A DNA stretch of 64,000 nt from an uncultured Alphaproteobacteria bacterium (GTDB lineage Bacteria; Pseudomonadota; Alphaproteobacteria; Rhizobiales; Hyphomicrobiaceae), in contig CAVQUQ010000013.1 in the NCBI GenBank assembly GCA_963716835.1, positions 129,490 through 193,489 of the forward strand, written 5' to 3'. Position numbers and translations under genes: made by a program. The notes under the pieces were generated by a model. The model was not told the DNA's origin. It searched no databases and saw only the letters and a list, made by a program, of their open reading frames with translations. Below are positions 1-9,921 of this stretch, one piece after another. Every line of letters starts with the position of its first letter. Position 1 is the stretch's first letter.

Positions 1-1149
1 CCATGCCAGCGTGCGGGGATCGGTCACGCCCCATTCTGCGCAATCGAGAACCATGGGCGCGAGGTCCGCAGAGCGGATCTCGGGATCGGCGAAGGGAAGA
101 AGGCTTGCCGTCTCAGCCTCGGCCCACAGCCGATAGCACACGCCGGGCTCGGTGCGGCCGGCGCGCCCCTGACGCTGATCGGCCGACGCACGCGAGACGC
201 GGACGGTTTCGAGGCGTGTGATACCGACTCCCGGCTCGAAGCGGGGCACGCGCGCGAGGCCGCCGTCGATGACGACGCGCACACCCTCGATGGTGAGCGA
301 TGTCTCGGCGATCGACGTCGCCAGCACCACCTTGCGCTTGCCGGCCGGCGCCGGCTCGATGGCTTGATCCTGCACGTCGCTGTCGAGCGCGCCATAAAGC
401 GGCGCGATAATTACGCTCGGATCGTCGAGGCGCTCTCTCAATCGATCCTCGACGCGGCGGATCTCGCCCTGCCCGGGCAGGAACGCCAGAATGGAGCCGG
501 TCTCCGCCCGCAGCGCCTTGAGAATAGCGTCCGCCATCGCATCCTCGAGACGGGAGGCGGGATTGCGGCCGAGATAGCGTGTCGCCACGGGAAAGGCGCG
601 CCCTGCGCTCTCGATCACCGTCGCGTTTGCCATGAGACTCGCCACGCGTCCGCCGTCGAGCGTGGCCGACATCACAAGAAGGCGAAGGTCATCCCGGAGC
701 CCCCGCTGACATTCGAGCGCAAGCGCAAGGCCGAGGTCCGCGTCGAGCGATCGCTCGTGAAACTCGTCGAAAATCACCGCTCCGATCCCGTCGAGCCCCG
801 GATCGTCGAGGATCATGCGCGTGAACACGCCCTCTGTGACGACCTCGATGCGCGTCTTGGCACTGACCTTGGTCGACAGGCGCGCCCTGAGGCCAACCGT
901 CTCGCCGATCCGTTCGCCCAATGTCAGAGCCATACGATGAGCCGCGTTGCGGGCCGCGATCCGCCGCGGCTCGAGGATCAGGATCTTTCGCCGGTCGAGC
1001 CAGGCCTCGCCCAGGAGCGCGAGCGGCACGCGCGTCGTCTTGCCCGCGCCCGGCGGTGCCACGAGCACGGCCGACGGCGCCTCATGCAGAGCGCGAGCAA
1101 GGTCATCGAGGACGGCATCAATGGGGAGCGGGGCGGCAGGGGTGGTCAT
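1..1149 (-). CDS. hrpB: ATP-dependent helicase HrpB, N-terminal part (runs off the left edge)
   Basis: Manual translation: MTTPAAPLPIDAVL...VLVAPPGAGKTTRVPLAL (Walker A), KVVLATSIAETSLTIEGV and SRASADQRQGRAGR (DEAH helicase motifs V and VI). No stop codon before position 1. Confidence 0.9.
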   Translation of the reverse strand, partial: MTTPAAPLPIDAVLDDLARALHEAPSAVLVAPPGAGKTTRVPLALLGEAWLDRRKILILEPRRIAARNAAHRMALTLGERIGETVGLRARLSTKVSAKTRIEVVTEGVFTRMILDDPGLDGIGAVIFDEFHERSLDADLGLALALECQRGLRDDLRLLVMSATLDGGRVASLMANATVIESAGRAFPVATRYLGRNPASRLEDAMADAILKALRAETGSILAFLPGQGEIRRVEDRLRERLDDPSVIIAPLYGALDSDVQDQAIEPAPAGKRKVVLATSIAETSLTIEGVRVVIDGGLARVPRFEPGVGITRLETVRVSRASADQRQGRAGRTEPGVCYRLWAEAETASLLPFADPEIRSADLAPMVLDCAEWGVTDPRTLAW

Positions 1150-1199
1150 AGTGCCCACGTAACACAGCCGCGAGCACATGCGAACGTCGCGTCTTTCGA

Positions 1200-1859
1200 T
1201 CAGCGCTTCTTGCCACGCGCCCGCGCGCGTCCCTCGGCAGCTACACCGAGCAGTTTCGGGGTCACGTCCGCTATCAGGTCGCGAACGTTGAGACCGGGGG
1301 CGACGCGCTCATAGTCGCCGTCGAGCTCGAGCGACGAGGCGCCGTGCACGAATGTCCACAGCCTGATGGCGATCTTCTCGGCATCCGCCGTGTGGCCGTG
1401 CTTGCGGCTGTAAGCCGCCACCTGCTCGATCACGTTCTTCAGGCACTCGTTGCCGCTCTCGTCGACCTGCTTGACCTTCCTGATCTCTGACTTGTGGCCG
1501 AACATGAGGCGGAACACGGCCGGCTGGCTGACGGCATAGTTGAGATAGGAAATTCCCATGGCCGTGATGCCCGCGATCGTGCCCGAGCCGACCTCGGCCA
1601 CGGCCTTGGCGTTGGCGGCCGTGAGCTCCTCGAAGCCGCGCAACACGATCTCCTCCAGGATCTCCTGCTTGTCGCGAAAGTGCTTGTAGGGCGCGGCCGT
1701 CGTGACGCCGGCGCGGCGGCAGGCGTCCGCCAGCGTGAAGCCGTCGGGCCCGTGCTCGATCAAAAGCTCGCGCGTGGCGGCGATCAGCGCCTCGCGCAGA
1801 TCGCCGTGGTGGAACCGCTTCTTCGGGCGCACGGCGGTTAGTTTTTGGGCTTGGGCCAT
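1200..1859 (-). CDS. TetR/AcrR family transcriptional regulator (WHG-type C-terminus)
   Basis: FHHGDLREALIAAT...FTLADACRRAGVTTAAPYKHF TetR HTH and LWTFVHG motif. Divergent from the RND pump genes. Confidence 0.92.
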   Translation of the reverse strand: MAQAQKLTAVRPKKRFHHGDLREALIAATRELLIEHGPDGFTLADACRRAGVTTAAPYKHFRDKQEILEEIVLRGFEELTAANAKAVAEVGSGTIAGITAMGISYLNYAVSQPAVFRLMFGHKSEIRKVKQVDESGNECLKNVIEQVAAYSRKHGHTADAEKIAIRLWTFVHGASSLELDGDYERVAPGLNVRDLIADVTPKLLGVAAEGRARARGKKR

Positions 1860-1896
1860 GATTTTTTTCTCTGCGGCATAGGGCTGACGACTCAAC

Positions 1897-2002
1897 AAGT
1901 TAGCACATCTAACTTAAGTTAGTATAATTAACTTTTTTGACGCGGGCGACGATTTTGTCTTGCCAAGTTAGCGCTACTCACTTAAGTTAGCCAGACTAAC
2001 TT
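1897..2002. promoter_or_regulatory. Four 19-bp TetR-type operators AAGTTAG-N5-CTAACTT in two tandem pairs
   Basis: 1897-1915 AAGTTAGcacatCTAACTT; 1916-1934 AAGTTAGtataaTTAACTT; 1965-1983 AAGTTAGcgctaCTCACTT; 1984-2002 AAGTTAGccagaCTAACTT. All lie between the divergent tetR and RND genes. Confidence 0.8.
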
Positions 2003-2033
2003 ACAAGAGCCGTTACAGCGATGGGGTCTTGAT

Positions 2034-3157
2034 ATGAGCGCGACATCGAGGTTCAAGCGACGACCGTTTCCACAAAACCGGGCCGCTATTGCTCGCCGGC
2101 ACGCTGCTGGCCGCGGCAGTTGGCCTCTCGGGCTGCAAGAGCGAGAGCGCACCCTATGTGATGGCACCCCAACCGGTTCGCGCCGCCTCAGTCGCGCTTT
2201 CGGCAGCGACGGAGACGCGCACTTATACCGGCACCATCAAGCCGCGCTATGAAAGCGATCTCGGCTTTCGTGTCGGCGGCAAGATCGTCGAGCGTCTCGT
2301 CAATATCGGGGATACAGTCGCGCCCGGCACCACGCTCGCGCGGCTCGACGCCACCGACTATCGCCTCTCACTCGAGTCCGCCGAGGCGGAGCTCACGGCC
2401 GCGCAAAGCAGCCTCAAGCAGGCTGAAGCCGACGAGCAGCGCTATGCGGATCTCAACAGGAAGACCTGGGTCAGCGACGCGAGCTACGATCAGAAGAAGG
2501 CTGCGGCGGACGAGGCGCGCGGACGCGCGGAGCGGGCCAAGCGCGCCCTGTCATTGGCGCAGAATCAGCTCGACTATACGGATTTGCAGGCCACGGAATC
2601 CGGCGTCATTACAGCGCTTCCGGTCGAAGTCGGGCAGGTGGTCACGGCCGGGCAATTGATCGCCCGTATTGCGCGCCTCGACGAGCTCGAGGCCGTCGTC
2701 TCCATTCCCGAAAGCCGCATCGACAGCGACCGCAACGCCGCGGCATCCATGACGCTCTGGGCCGATCCTGACCGTGTCTATCAGGCAAAGCTCCGGGAGA
2801 TTTCGCCGCAAGCCGATGCTCAGACGCGCACCTATCAGGCGCGCTACTCCATCATGCAGGCCGACGCCGCTATCGCTCTCGGCAAGACGGCGACGGTGCA
2901 CCTCAGCTCTCGCCGGAAGCGGTCAGAAGGCGAAGCTGCCGCTCGCTGCCGTGTTCAAGGACCAGGGACAGCCATCGGTCTGGCTGATCGACGAAAAGCA
3001 GGGGCGCCTGATCAAGAAGGACGTGGAGGTCAGCTCGTGGACCGAGACCTCGGCCATCGTCTCAGGCGGACTTTCCGCGGGGCAAAAGATCGTGGCGGCC
3101 GGCGTGCACAAGCTTGATGCCTCCATCCCTGTTCGCATCATCGAGGTCGTGCAATGA
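2034..3157 (+). CDS. RND efflux periplasmic adaptor (MFP) lipoprotein, frameshifted near 2915 and possibly near 2075
   Basis: Lipobox LSGC, LGFRVGGKIVERLVNIGD lipoyl-like motif and coiled hairpin. The C-terminus (...AAGVHKLDASIPVRIIEVVQ) continues in ORF 2774..3157 and overlaps the next start codon (ATGA). Confidence 0.85.
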
Positions 3158-6100
3158 ACGCGCTGTTCAAGCCCGAAGAGCCGGTCTCGCGCGGCAACGT
3201 CTCGGCCTGGGCCGTCGCCCATCCCGCGCTCGTCCTCTTTCTCATCATCGTGTTCTCTCTCGCAGGCCTCGTGAGCTACCTTGGCCTCGGGCGTGCGGAA
3301 GATCCCACTTTCGCCATCAAGACCATGGTGATCAGCGCCGCATGGCCCGGCGCCACTGCCGAGGAGATGCAGGACCAGGTCGCGGACAAGCTCGAGAAGC
3401 GCCTGCAGGAGCTCGAGCTGTTCGACTATGTGAAGACCTACACGCGGCCCGGCGTCACCGTCATCCAGGTGCAGCTCAAGGACCAGGCGCGCGGCAAAGC
3501 CGTCGAGGACGCCTGGTACCAGGTGCGCAAGAAGCTCAGCGACAGCCGGGCGTCGCTGCCGCAGGGCGTGCTCGGACCCTCCTTCAACGACGAATACGGC
3601 GACGTCTACTCGGCGATCTACATGCTGTCCGGCGCCGATGTATCGCTCGCAAAGCTCAAGGACTACGCCGAGATCCTCCGGCAGCGCTTGCTTCGCACGG
3701 AGGGCGTGTCGAAAGTCGATATCGTCGGCGTTCGCGAGCAGCGCATATACATCGAGTTCAGCCATCGAAAGCTCGCGACCCTCGGCATCACGCCGCAGGC
3801 CATTTTCGAGAGCGTCGCACGGCAGAACGCCGTGACGGCCGCGGGCACGATAGAGACCAACGCCGACCGCATCGACGTGCGTGTGACAGGCGCATTCAAG
3901 GGCGAAGCTGCCATAGCCGAGGTTCCGATCGAGGCCGGCGGCAGGACTTTTCGATTGGGCGACATCGCCAGCGTCAAGCGCGGGTACGCCGATCCGCCCA
4001 GCAGCATCGTGCGCCACAACGGCAGCGAGGCGGTCGGCGTCGTCGTTGCCATGACCAAGGGGGCCAATGTTCTGGAGCTGGGCAAGCGGCTAGCAACAGC
4101 GATCGCGGACGCCAAGACGCAAATCCCGACGGGCGTGGAGATCGACCAGATCACGGACCAGCCGCGCGTCGTGGAGGAATCGGTCAGCGAGTTCCTGCGC
4201 TCGTTCGTGGAGGCGCTCGGCATCGTCCTCGTCGTGAGCTTCATCTCGCTCGGATGGCGATCGGGGCTGGTCGTGGCGACGTCAGTGCCGCTGGTGCTCG
4301 CCATCGTTCTTGTCGTCATGTCGGCGGCGGGATTGAACCTCGACCGCATTACGCTCGGGTCTCTCATCATCGCGCTCGGATTGCTGGTCGACGATGCGAT
4401 CATTGCCGTCGAAATGATGATGGTCAAAATCGAGCAGGGATGGAGCCGGATGCGTGCAGCCGCGTTCGCCTGGGACTCGACCGCCTTCCCCATGCTGACC
4501 GGCACGCTCGTGACCGCGGCCGGCTTTCTTCCCGTCGGCATTGCACAGTCGACTGCGGGAGAATATGCCGGCAACATCTTCTGGATCGTCGGATTGGCGC
4601 TTCTCGTCTCGTGGGTGGTCGCAGTCTTTTTCACGCCCTACATCGGCGTGAAGCTGTTACCCAGCCTGGCCCAGCACAGCGCCAGCCACGAACTTTACGA
4701 TACACGTCTCTATCGCGCGCTTCGCCGGGCGGTCGCATGGTCGGTGCGATTCCGGTGGGTCGTCATTGCGTTCACGCTCGCAGCCTTCGGAGCGTCCATC
4801 GCCGCGTTCACCCAGGTGCAGCAGCAGTTCTTTCCGACATCGTCGCGGCCGGAGCTCTTCATCGAGATCCGCATGCCGGAGGGCACGTCGATCGGCGTCA
4901 CCGAAGCCGCGGCCAAAAAAGCCGAAGCGCTCATCAAGGGCGACCCGGATCTCGAGTACTTTACGACCTATGTCGGCGAAGGCTCGCCGCGCTTCTTCCT
5001 GGCCCTGAACCCGGTACTGCCGAACGAAAGCTTCGCCCTCATCGTCATGATGACCAAGGGCGCGGAGGCGCGCGAGCGGCTCAAGGCCCGCCTCGAGAAG
5101 CTTGTTGCCGACAACGTCATACCCGAGGCGCGGCTGCGCATCGACCGGCTGAACTTCGGACCGCCCGTCGGCTTCCCGGTGCAGTTCCGCGTGCTCGGGC
5201 CCGACGCCGCCAGCGTGCGCGCCGTAGCCGACAAGGTGCGGACCGCCATGCGCGCCAATCCAAACACGCGCGATGTGCAGTTCGATTGGAACGAGCAGAA
5301 GAAATCCGTTCGGCTCGAGGTCGATCAGGACCGGGCCCGTTCACTCGGCCTTACGCCTCAGGACATCGCGCAGACCCTGCAGACGCTGCTCTCGGGCTAC
5401 ACCGTTACCGAGTACAGAGAGGGCATCGAGCTGGTGCCGGTCGTCGCCCGGGCGGTGAACGAGGAGCGTCTTGGCCTCTCGTCGTTCGAGGATCTCACCA
5501 TACCAACGCGTTTCGGCGCGGCTGTTCCGATCTCGCAGGTTGCACGCGTGCACTATGAGTTCGAGGAGCCGATCCTGTGGCGGCGCAATCGCGATGTGGT
5601 GCTGACCGTACGCTCAGATACCGCGCCGGGCGTCCAGGCACCGGACGTGACGGCGCAAATTAAGCCTGCCGTCGACGAAATCGCCGCGACGTTGCCGCCC
5701 GGCATGCGCATCGAGGTGGGTGGCGCCGTTGAAGAGAGTGCCAAGGCGAACGCGGCGCTGTTCAAGATATTCCCGCTCATGTTTCTCGCCATGCTGACCA
5801 TCCTCATGGTGCAGCTGCAGAGCTTCTCGACCCTGTTCCTGGTGTTCTCGACGGCGCCGCTCGGGCTTATCGGAGCCAGCTTCTCGCTGTTGGCGTTCGA
5901 CGCACCATTCGGCTTCGTCGCGCTCCTTGGCCTCATCGCGCTCGCCGGCATGATCATGCGCAACACGGTTATTCTGGTGGACCAGATCGACGCCGACGTC
6001 GCCCATGGGCTCGCCCGGTGGGATGCGATCATCGAATCGACGGTGCGGCGGTCGCGACCGCTGGTGCTCACGGCGCTGGCTGCGATCCTGGCGATGATCC

Positions 6101-6306
6101 CGCTGTCGCGGTCGGTCTTCTGGGGGCCGATGGCCATCACGATGATGGGCGGCCTCTTGGTGGCGACGATCCTGACGCTCTTGTTCCTGCCGGCGCTCTA
6201 TGCGGCATGGTTCCGCGTGCGCCGGCCCAAGGCGGAAGCGGCAATCCTATTGCCGCAATTTGAGAACGCTCGCGGATCAGGTCCGATGATCGGAGCCAAC
6301 AAATAG
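3154..6306 (+). CDS. RND efflux permease subunit (AcrB/AcrD/AcrF family)
   Basis: 1050 aa; GLLVDDAIIAVE proton-relay motif, RSRPLVLTALA, 12-TM RND layout. Confidence 0.95.
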   Translation: MNALFKPEEPVSRGNVSAWAVAHPALVLFLIIVFSLAGLVSYLGLGRAEDPTFAIKTMVISAAWPGATAEEMQDQVADKLEKRLQELELFDYVKTYTRPGVTVIQVQLKDQARGKAVEDAWYQVRKKLSDSRASLPQGVLGPSFNDEYGDVYSAIYMLSGADVSLAKLKDYAEILRQRLLRTEGVSKVDIVGVREQRIYIEFSHRKLATLGITPQAIFESVARQNAVTAAGTIETNADRIDVRVTGAFKGEAAIAEVPIEAGGRTFRLGDIASVKRGYADPPSSIVRHNGSEAVGVVVAMTKGANVLELGKRLATAIADAKTQIPTGVEIDQITDQPRVVEESVSEFLRSFVEALGIVLVVSFISLGWRSGLVVATSVPLVLAIVLVVMSAAGLNLDRITLGSLIIALGLLVDDAIIAVEMMMVKIEQGWSRMRAAAFAWDSTAFPMLTGTLVTAAGFLPVGIAQSTAGEYAGNIFWIVGLALLVSWVVAVFFTPYIGVKLLPSLAQHSASHELYDTRLYRALRRAVAWSVRFRWVVIAFTLAAFGASIAAFTQVQQQFFPTSSRPELFIEIRMPEGTSIGVTEAAAKKAEALIKGDPDLEYFTTYVGEGSPRFFLALNPVLPNESFALIVMMTKGAEARERLKARLEKLVADNVIPEARLRIDRLNFGPPVGFPVQFRVLGPDAASVRAVADKVRTAMRANPNTRDVQFDWNEQKKSVRLEVDQDRARSLGLTPQDIAQTLQTLLSGYTVTEYREGIELVPVVARAVNEERLGLSSFEDLTIPTRFGAAVPISQVARVHYEFEEPILWRRNRDVVLTVRSDTAPGVQAPDVTAQIKPAVDEIAATLPPGMRIEVGGAVEESAKANAALFKIFPLMFLAMLTILMVQLQSFSTLFLVFSTAPLGLIGASFSLLAFDAPFGFVALLGLIALAGMIMRNTVILVDQIDADVAHGLARWDAIIESTVRRSRPLVLTALAAILAMIPLSRSVFWGPMAITMMGGLLVATILTLLFLPALYAAWFRVRRPKAEAAILLPQFENARGSGPMIGANK

Positions 6307-6370
6307 CGACCTTGCCGAGTACATCTGCTCGCGGCGGCCGGATTGGTCACACCAAGACGTCGATCAACAT

Positions 6371-7186
6371 TTAGCGTGTTGCCATGTGGGCAAGGAAGGC
6401 GATCAATGCTTCGACCTCGGCGTCCGGAAGGCTTTTCGCGTCGAAACCGACCATCTGCTGGCCCGGCCAGGTGCGCACCGCCTTCGGGTCCCGGATCACG
6501 GCCCGAATTCCGGACGGCGTCATGTAGGTGGTGACGTTCATCGGCTGGCCCAGATCGGGGCCAATCTCGCCCTGTCCAGCGCCTTTCATGCGATGGCACG
6601 ACATGCAGTTTTTGATGAACGCCGCTTGGCCGCGCCTTTCGGCGGCATCGTCCGGCAGCGCGGGATCAACGGCCAATTGAGGCCAGCGGCGCACCGGATA
6701 CTCGACGCCGGTCAATGCTACGAGCGAAAACGGCCATTGCTCGGCGCCGACGCCCGAGCGCTCCGGATGCTCCCAGACGAGGTAGAACGGTCCGCCGCTC
6801 ACTTTCTGCCCTGGCAGGTTCGGCCAGGGCGCGTCCGGATCCTCGACCGCGACCCAGGCCACCGCACCACCCGACGCGCCCTTCGTTACGAGCGGTGTCG
6901 GTAGCTGCGACACGAACCCGTCGCTCGCCCTGGCTTCGATCGTGTCGAAGCCTGACGCATCTCCGATCAAGCCGAGCAGGGGCACGGCACGGTACGTCAT
7001 GGCGCGGTGATAGGAGACGTCGTCGGGCACGGTGAGTGATGCCGCATCGGGGCTCGCCAGCAGCTCGGCGGCCGTGATGCGCTTGAGCTCGCCGCCGAAT
7101 GATAAGGTGAGCACGCGCTCGGCGGCGGATGAGGGCGCAACACCGAGGCCCCACGCGATAAGAAGCATCAAAAGCCTGATACGCAT
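6371..7186 (-). CDS. Periplasmic monoheme cytochrome c with a large N-terminal domain
   Basis: Signal peptide (...APSSA-AE), CMSCH heme motif, GPDL and a distal Met (QQMVGF). Confidence 0.8.
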   Translation of the reverse strand: MRIRLLMLLIAWGLGVAPSSAAERVLTLSFGGELKRITAAELLASPDAASLTVPDDVSYHRAMTYRAVPLLGLIGDASGFDTIEARASDGFVSQLPTPLVTKGASGGAVAWVAVEDPDAPWPNLPGQKVSGGPFYLVWEHPERSGVGAEQWPFSLVALTGVEYPVRRWPQLAVDPALPDDAAERRGQAAFIKNCMSCHRMKGAGQGEIGPDLGQPMNVTTYMTPSGIRAVIRDPKAVRTWPGQQMVGFDAKSLPDAEVEALIAFLAHMATR

Positions 7187-7468
7187 GACCATCCCCCGTG
7201 TCGCCTGCTGGCATGAACGTGAATATCTTAGGCCATCCTGCACGGCCCTGTCAGAAGCTCACGCGAGGACATACTTGGAGGGGATAGACGAATACCGACC
7301 ATTATACACATTGACATCATGCTTAGATCATGGTGTCGCGTGCCGCGATCAACCAGGAGGCGTTGCTTGTCGCGCAACGTCCGATGAGCGCGAGCCCGGG
7401 GTCTCTGTCCAGCAGGGCGATCTTCAGCTCGGGCACCATCGCGCGCAACAATAGTCAGGGATTTCGTC

Positions 7469-8656
7469 ATGGCGCCGGCCTCGATCTTCAAGTGGGACGA
7501 TCCGTTCCTTCTCGACGAGGAGCTAACCGAGGACGAATTGCTGATCCGCGATACGGCAAGAGCCTTTGCGCAGGAGAAGCTGCAGCCGCGGGTGATCGAG
7601 GCTTATGCCAGAGAGACGACGGACCCTCATATTTTCCGCGAGATGGGAGAGCTGGGACTGCTCGGTCCGACGCTGCCCGCTCGGTATGGTTGTGCGGAAG
7701 CGAGCTATGTTGCGTACGGGCTGATTGCTCGCGAAATCGAACGGGTGGATTCAGGCTATCGCTCGATGATGAGCGTGCAGTCCTCGCTGGTCATGTATCC
7801 CATCTACGCCTATGGCAGCGAGCAGCAGCGCAGCAAATACCTGCCGAAGCTGGCAAGCGGTGAATGGATCGGCTGCTTCGGTTTGACCGAACCCGATGCA
7901 GGTTCCGATCCGGCCGGCATGCGCAGCCGCGCCGAGAAGATCGAGGGGGGCTATCGGCTGACGGGGTCGAAAACGTGGATCTCCAACTCGCCAATTGCCG
8001 ACGTCTTTGTGGTCTGGGCCAAGTCGGACGCACACGATGGCCAGGTCCGCGGATTCGTCCTGGACAAGGGCACAGCCGGCCTCTCCGCACCTAAGATCGG
8101 CGGCAAGCTATCGCTCAGGGCATCGGTCACGGGCGAGATCGTGATGGATGGCGTGGTCGCGGACGAAGATGCTCTCTTGCCGAACGCAGCAGGTCTCAAG
8201 GGCCCGTTAGGGTGCCTGGATCGTGCGCGCTACGGCATCTCGTGGGGCGTCATGGGAGCGGCCGAAGCCTGCTTCCACGCCGCGCGCCAGTACACGCTCG
8301 ATCGCAAGCAGTTCGGCAAGCCCCTGGCCCAGATGCAGCTCATCCAGAAGAAGCTCGCCGACATGCAGACCGATATTGCGCTCGGGCTTCAAGGCTCGCT
8401 GCGCGTGGGACGTTTGCTCGATCAAGACAAGTCCGCGCCGGAAATGATCTCCCTCATAAAGCGCAACAATTGCGGAAAGGCGCTCGACGTCGCGCGTCTC
8501 GCCCGCGACATGCACGGAGGGAACGGAATTTCTGAAGAATTCCATGTCATGCGCCACATGATAAACCTCGAGACCGTCAACACGTATGAAGGCACGCACG
8601 ATGTCCATGCGCTGATCCTTGGGCGTGCCATTACGGGATTGCAGGCATTCGCGTGA
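7469..8656 (+). CDS. gcdH: Glutaryl-CoA dehydrogenase
   Basis: [41 protein letters not shown] and [20 protein letters not shown] are typical GCDH sequence. Confidence 0.9.
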   Translation: MAPASIFKWDDPFLLDEELTEDELLIRDTARAFAQEKLQPRVIEAYARETTDPHIFREMGELGLLGPTLPARYGCAEASYVAYGLIAREIERVDSGYRSMMSVQSSLVMYPIYAYGSEQQRSKYLPKLASGEWIGCFGLTEPDAGSDPAGMRSRAEKIEGGYRLTGSKTWISNSPIADVFVVWAKSDAHDGQVRGFVLDKGTAGLSAPKIGGKLSLRASVTGEIVMDGVVADEDALLPNAAGLKGPLGCLDRARYGISWGVMGAAEACFHAARQYTLDRKQFGKPLAQMQLIQKKLADMQTDIALGLQGSLRVGRLLDQDKSAPEMISLIKRNNCGKALDVARLARDMHGGNGISEEFHVMRHMINLETVNTYEGTHDVHALILGRAITGLQAFA

Positions 8657-8678
8657 GCTGCGGGCCATCTGGGATCGA

Positions 8679-9890
8679 GTGGTGACTGACCTCGTGAAAC
8701 CGCTTGCCAATATCCGTGTCTTGGAGCTGGCGCGCATTCTGGCTGGTCCATGGGCTGGTCAACTGCTGGCCGATCTCGGGGCGCGCGTGATCAAGGTCGA
8801 GCGGCCGCAGTCAGGCGACGATACCCGCACGTGGGGGCCGCCCTTCATTCCCGACGCCGGCGCCGAGACGCAATCGGCGGCCTACTTTCATGCGACGAAC
8901 CGCGGCAAGAAGTCGGTCGCGCTGGATTTCGGAACGAGCGAGGGATGCCAGGCGGCTCAACACCTCGCGCGACAAGCCGACGTCATCATCGAGAATTTCA
9001 AGGTCGGAACTCTCGCCAGCTACGGCCTCGACTACAAGAGCGTAAAGGCCGCAAATCCCGGTGTCGTCTACTGCTCGATCACGGGCTTCGGACAAAACGG
9101 TCCCTATGCGCCGCGCGCCGGTTACGACTTCATCATTCAGGGCATGGGCGGCATCATGGACCTGACCGGTGCCCCGGACGGAGAGCCCCAGAAGACCGGG
9201 GTCGCTTTTGCCGATATCTTCACCGGCGTCTACGCGACGGTCGGGATTCTCGCGGCGCTCAACCAGCGAGCCACGACAGGTATCGGTGCTCACATCGACA
9301 TGGCCTTGCTGGACACCCAGGTGTCGGTGCTGGCGAACCAGGCCATGAACTATCTCGCGTCGGGTGAGCCGCCCACTCGGTTGGGCAATGCGCATCCCAA
9401 CATCGTGCCATATCAACTCTTTCCGACCGCCGACGGAGAGATCATCATCGCGTCGGGGAATGACGCGCAATTCGTCCGGCTGTGCGAATTGCTGGGTCGT
9501 CCCGATCTCGCCGCCGATGAACGATTCGCGACCAACGCAGGCCGCGTGCGTCATCGCGCGGTGCTCATTCCTGTCATCGCGGCGGAGACCTCGAAGAGAT
9601 CCTCGAGCGACTTGGTCGCGGGCCTCGAAGCGGCGGGGATTCCAGCGGGTCCGGTCAATAGTCTGGACGAGGTCTTCCGCGACCCGCAGGTTGTCGCCCG
9701 CGGCATGCAAAGGAATTTGGTGAGATCGGATGGCTCGATCCTTCCGAGTGTGCGCTGTCCGATTGTTATTGACGGAGAAGCCTGCGTCTCAAGTCGGCCG
9801 GGACCACGGCTCGGAGAAAACGACACAGAAGTGCTGCGGTCGCTTGCCGACGGGACAGACCCGTGGGCCGAGCCAGACCCCGCCATATAG
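8679..9890 (+). CDS. CaiB/BaiF (class III) CoA-transferase, likely glutarate/dicarboxylate activating
   Basis: VLELARILAGPWAGQLLADLGA, NRGKKS and YDFIIQGMGG; directly downstream of gcdH. Confidence 0.88.
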   Translation: MVTDLVKPLANIRVLELARILAGPWAGQLLADLGARVIKVERPQSGDDTRTWGPPFIPDAGAETQSAAYFHATNRGKKSVALDFGTSEGCQAAQHLARQADVIIENFKVGTLASYGLDYKSVKAANPGVVYCSITGFGQNGPYAPRAGYDFIIQGMGGIMDLTGAPDGEPQKTGVAFADIFTGVYATVGILAALNQRATTGIGAHIDMALLDTQVSVLANQAMNYLASGEPPTRLGNAHPNIVPYQLFPTADGEIIIASGNDAQFVRLCELLGRPDLAADERFATNAGRVRHRAVLIPVIAAETSKRSSSDLVAGLEAAGIPAGPVNSLDEVFRDPQVVARGMQRNLVRSDGSILPSVRCPIVIDGEACVSSRPGPRLGENDTEVLRSLADGTDPWAEPDPAI

Positions 9891-9921
9891 GCTTGCCCCT
9901 TCTCGCGGAGCGTCAGCAAGG

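Noticed and set aside
1897-2002. Repeats as a mini-CRISPR or IS ends
   Set aside because: The units are abutting 19-bp palindromes without unique spacers; no cas or transposase gene; operator context explains them.
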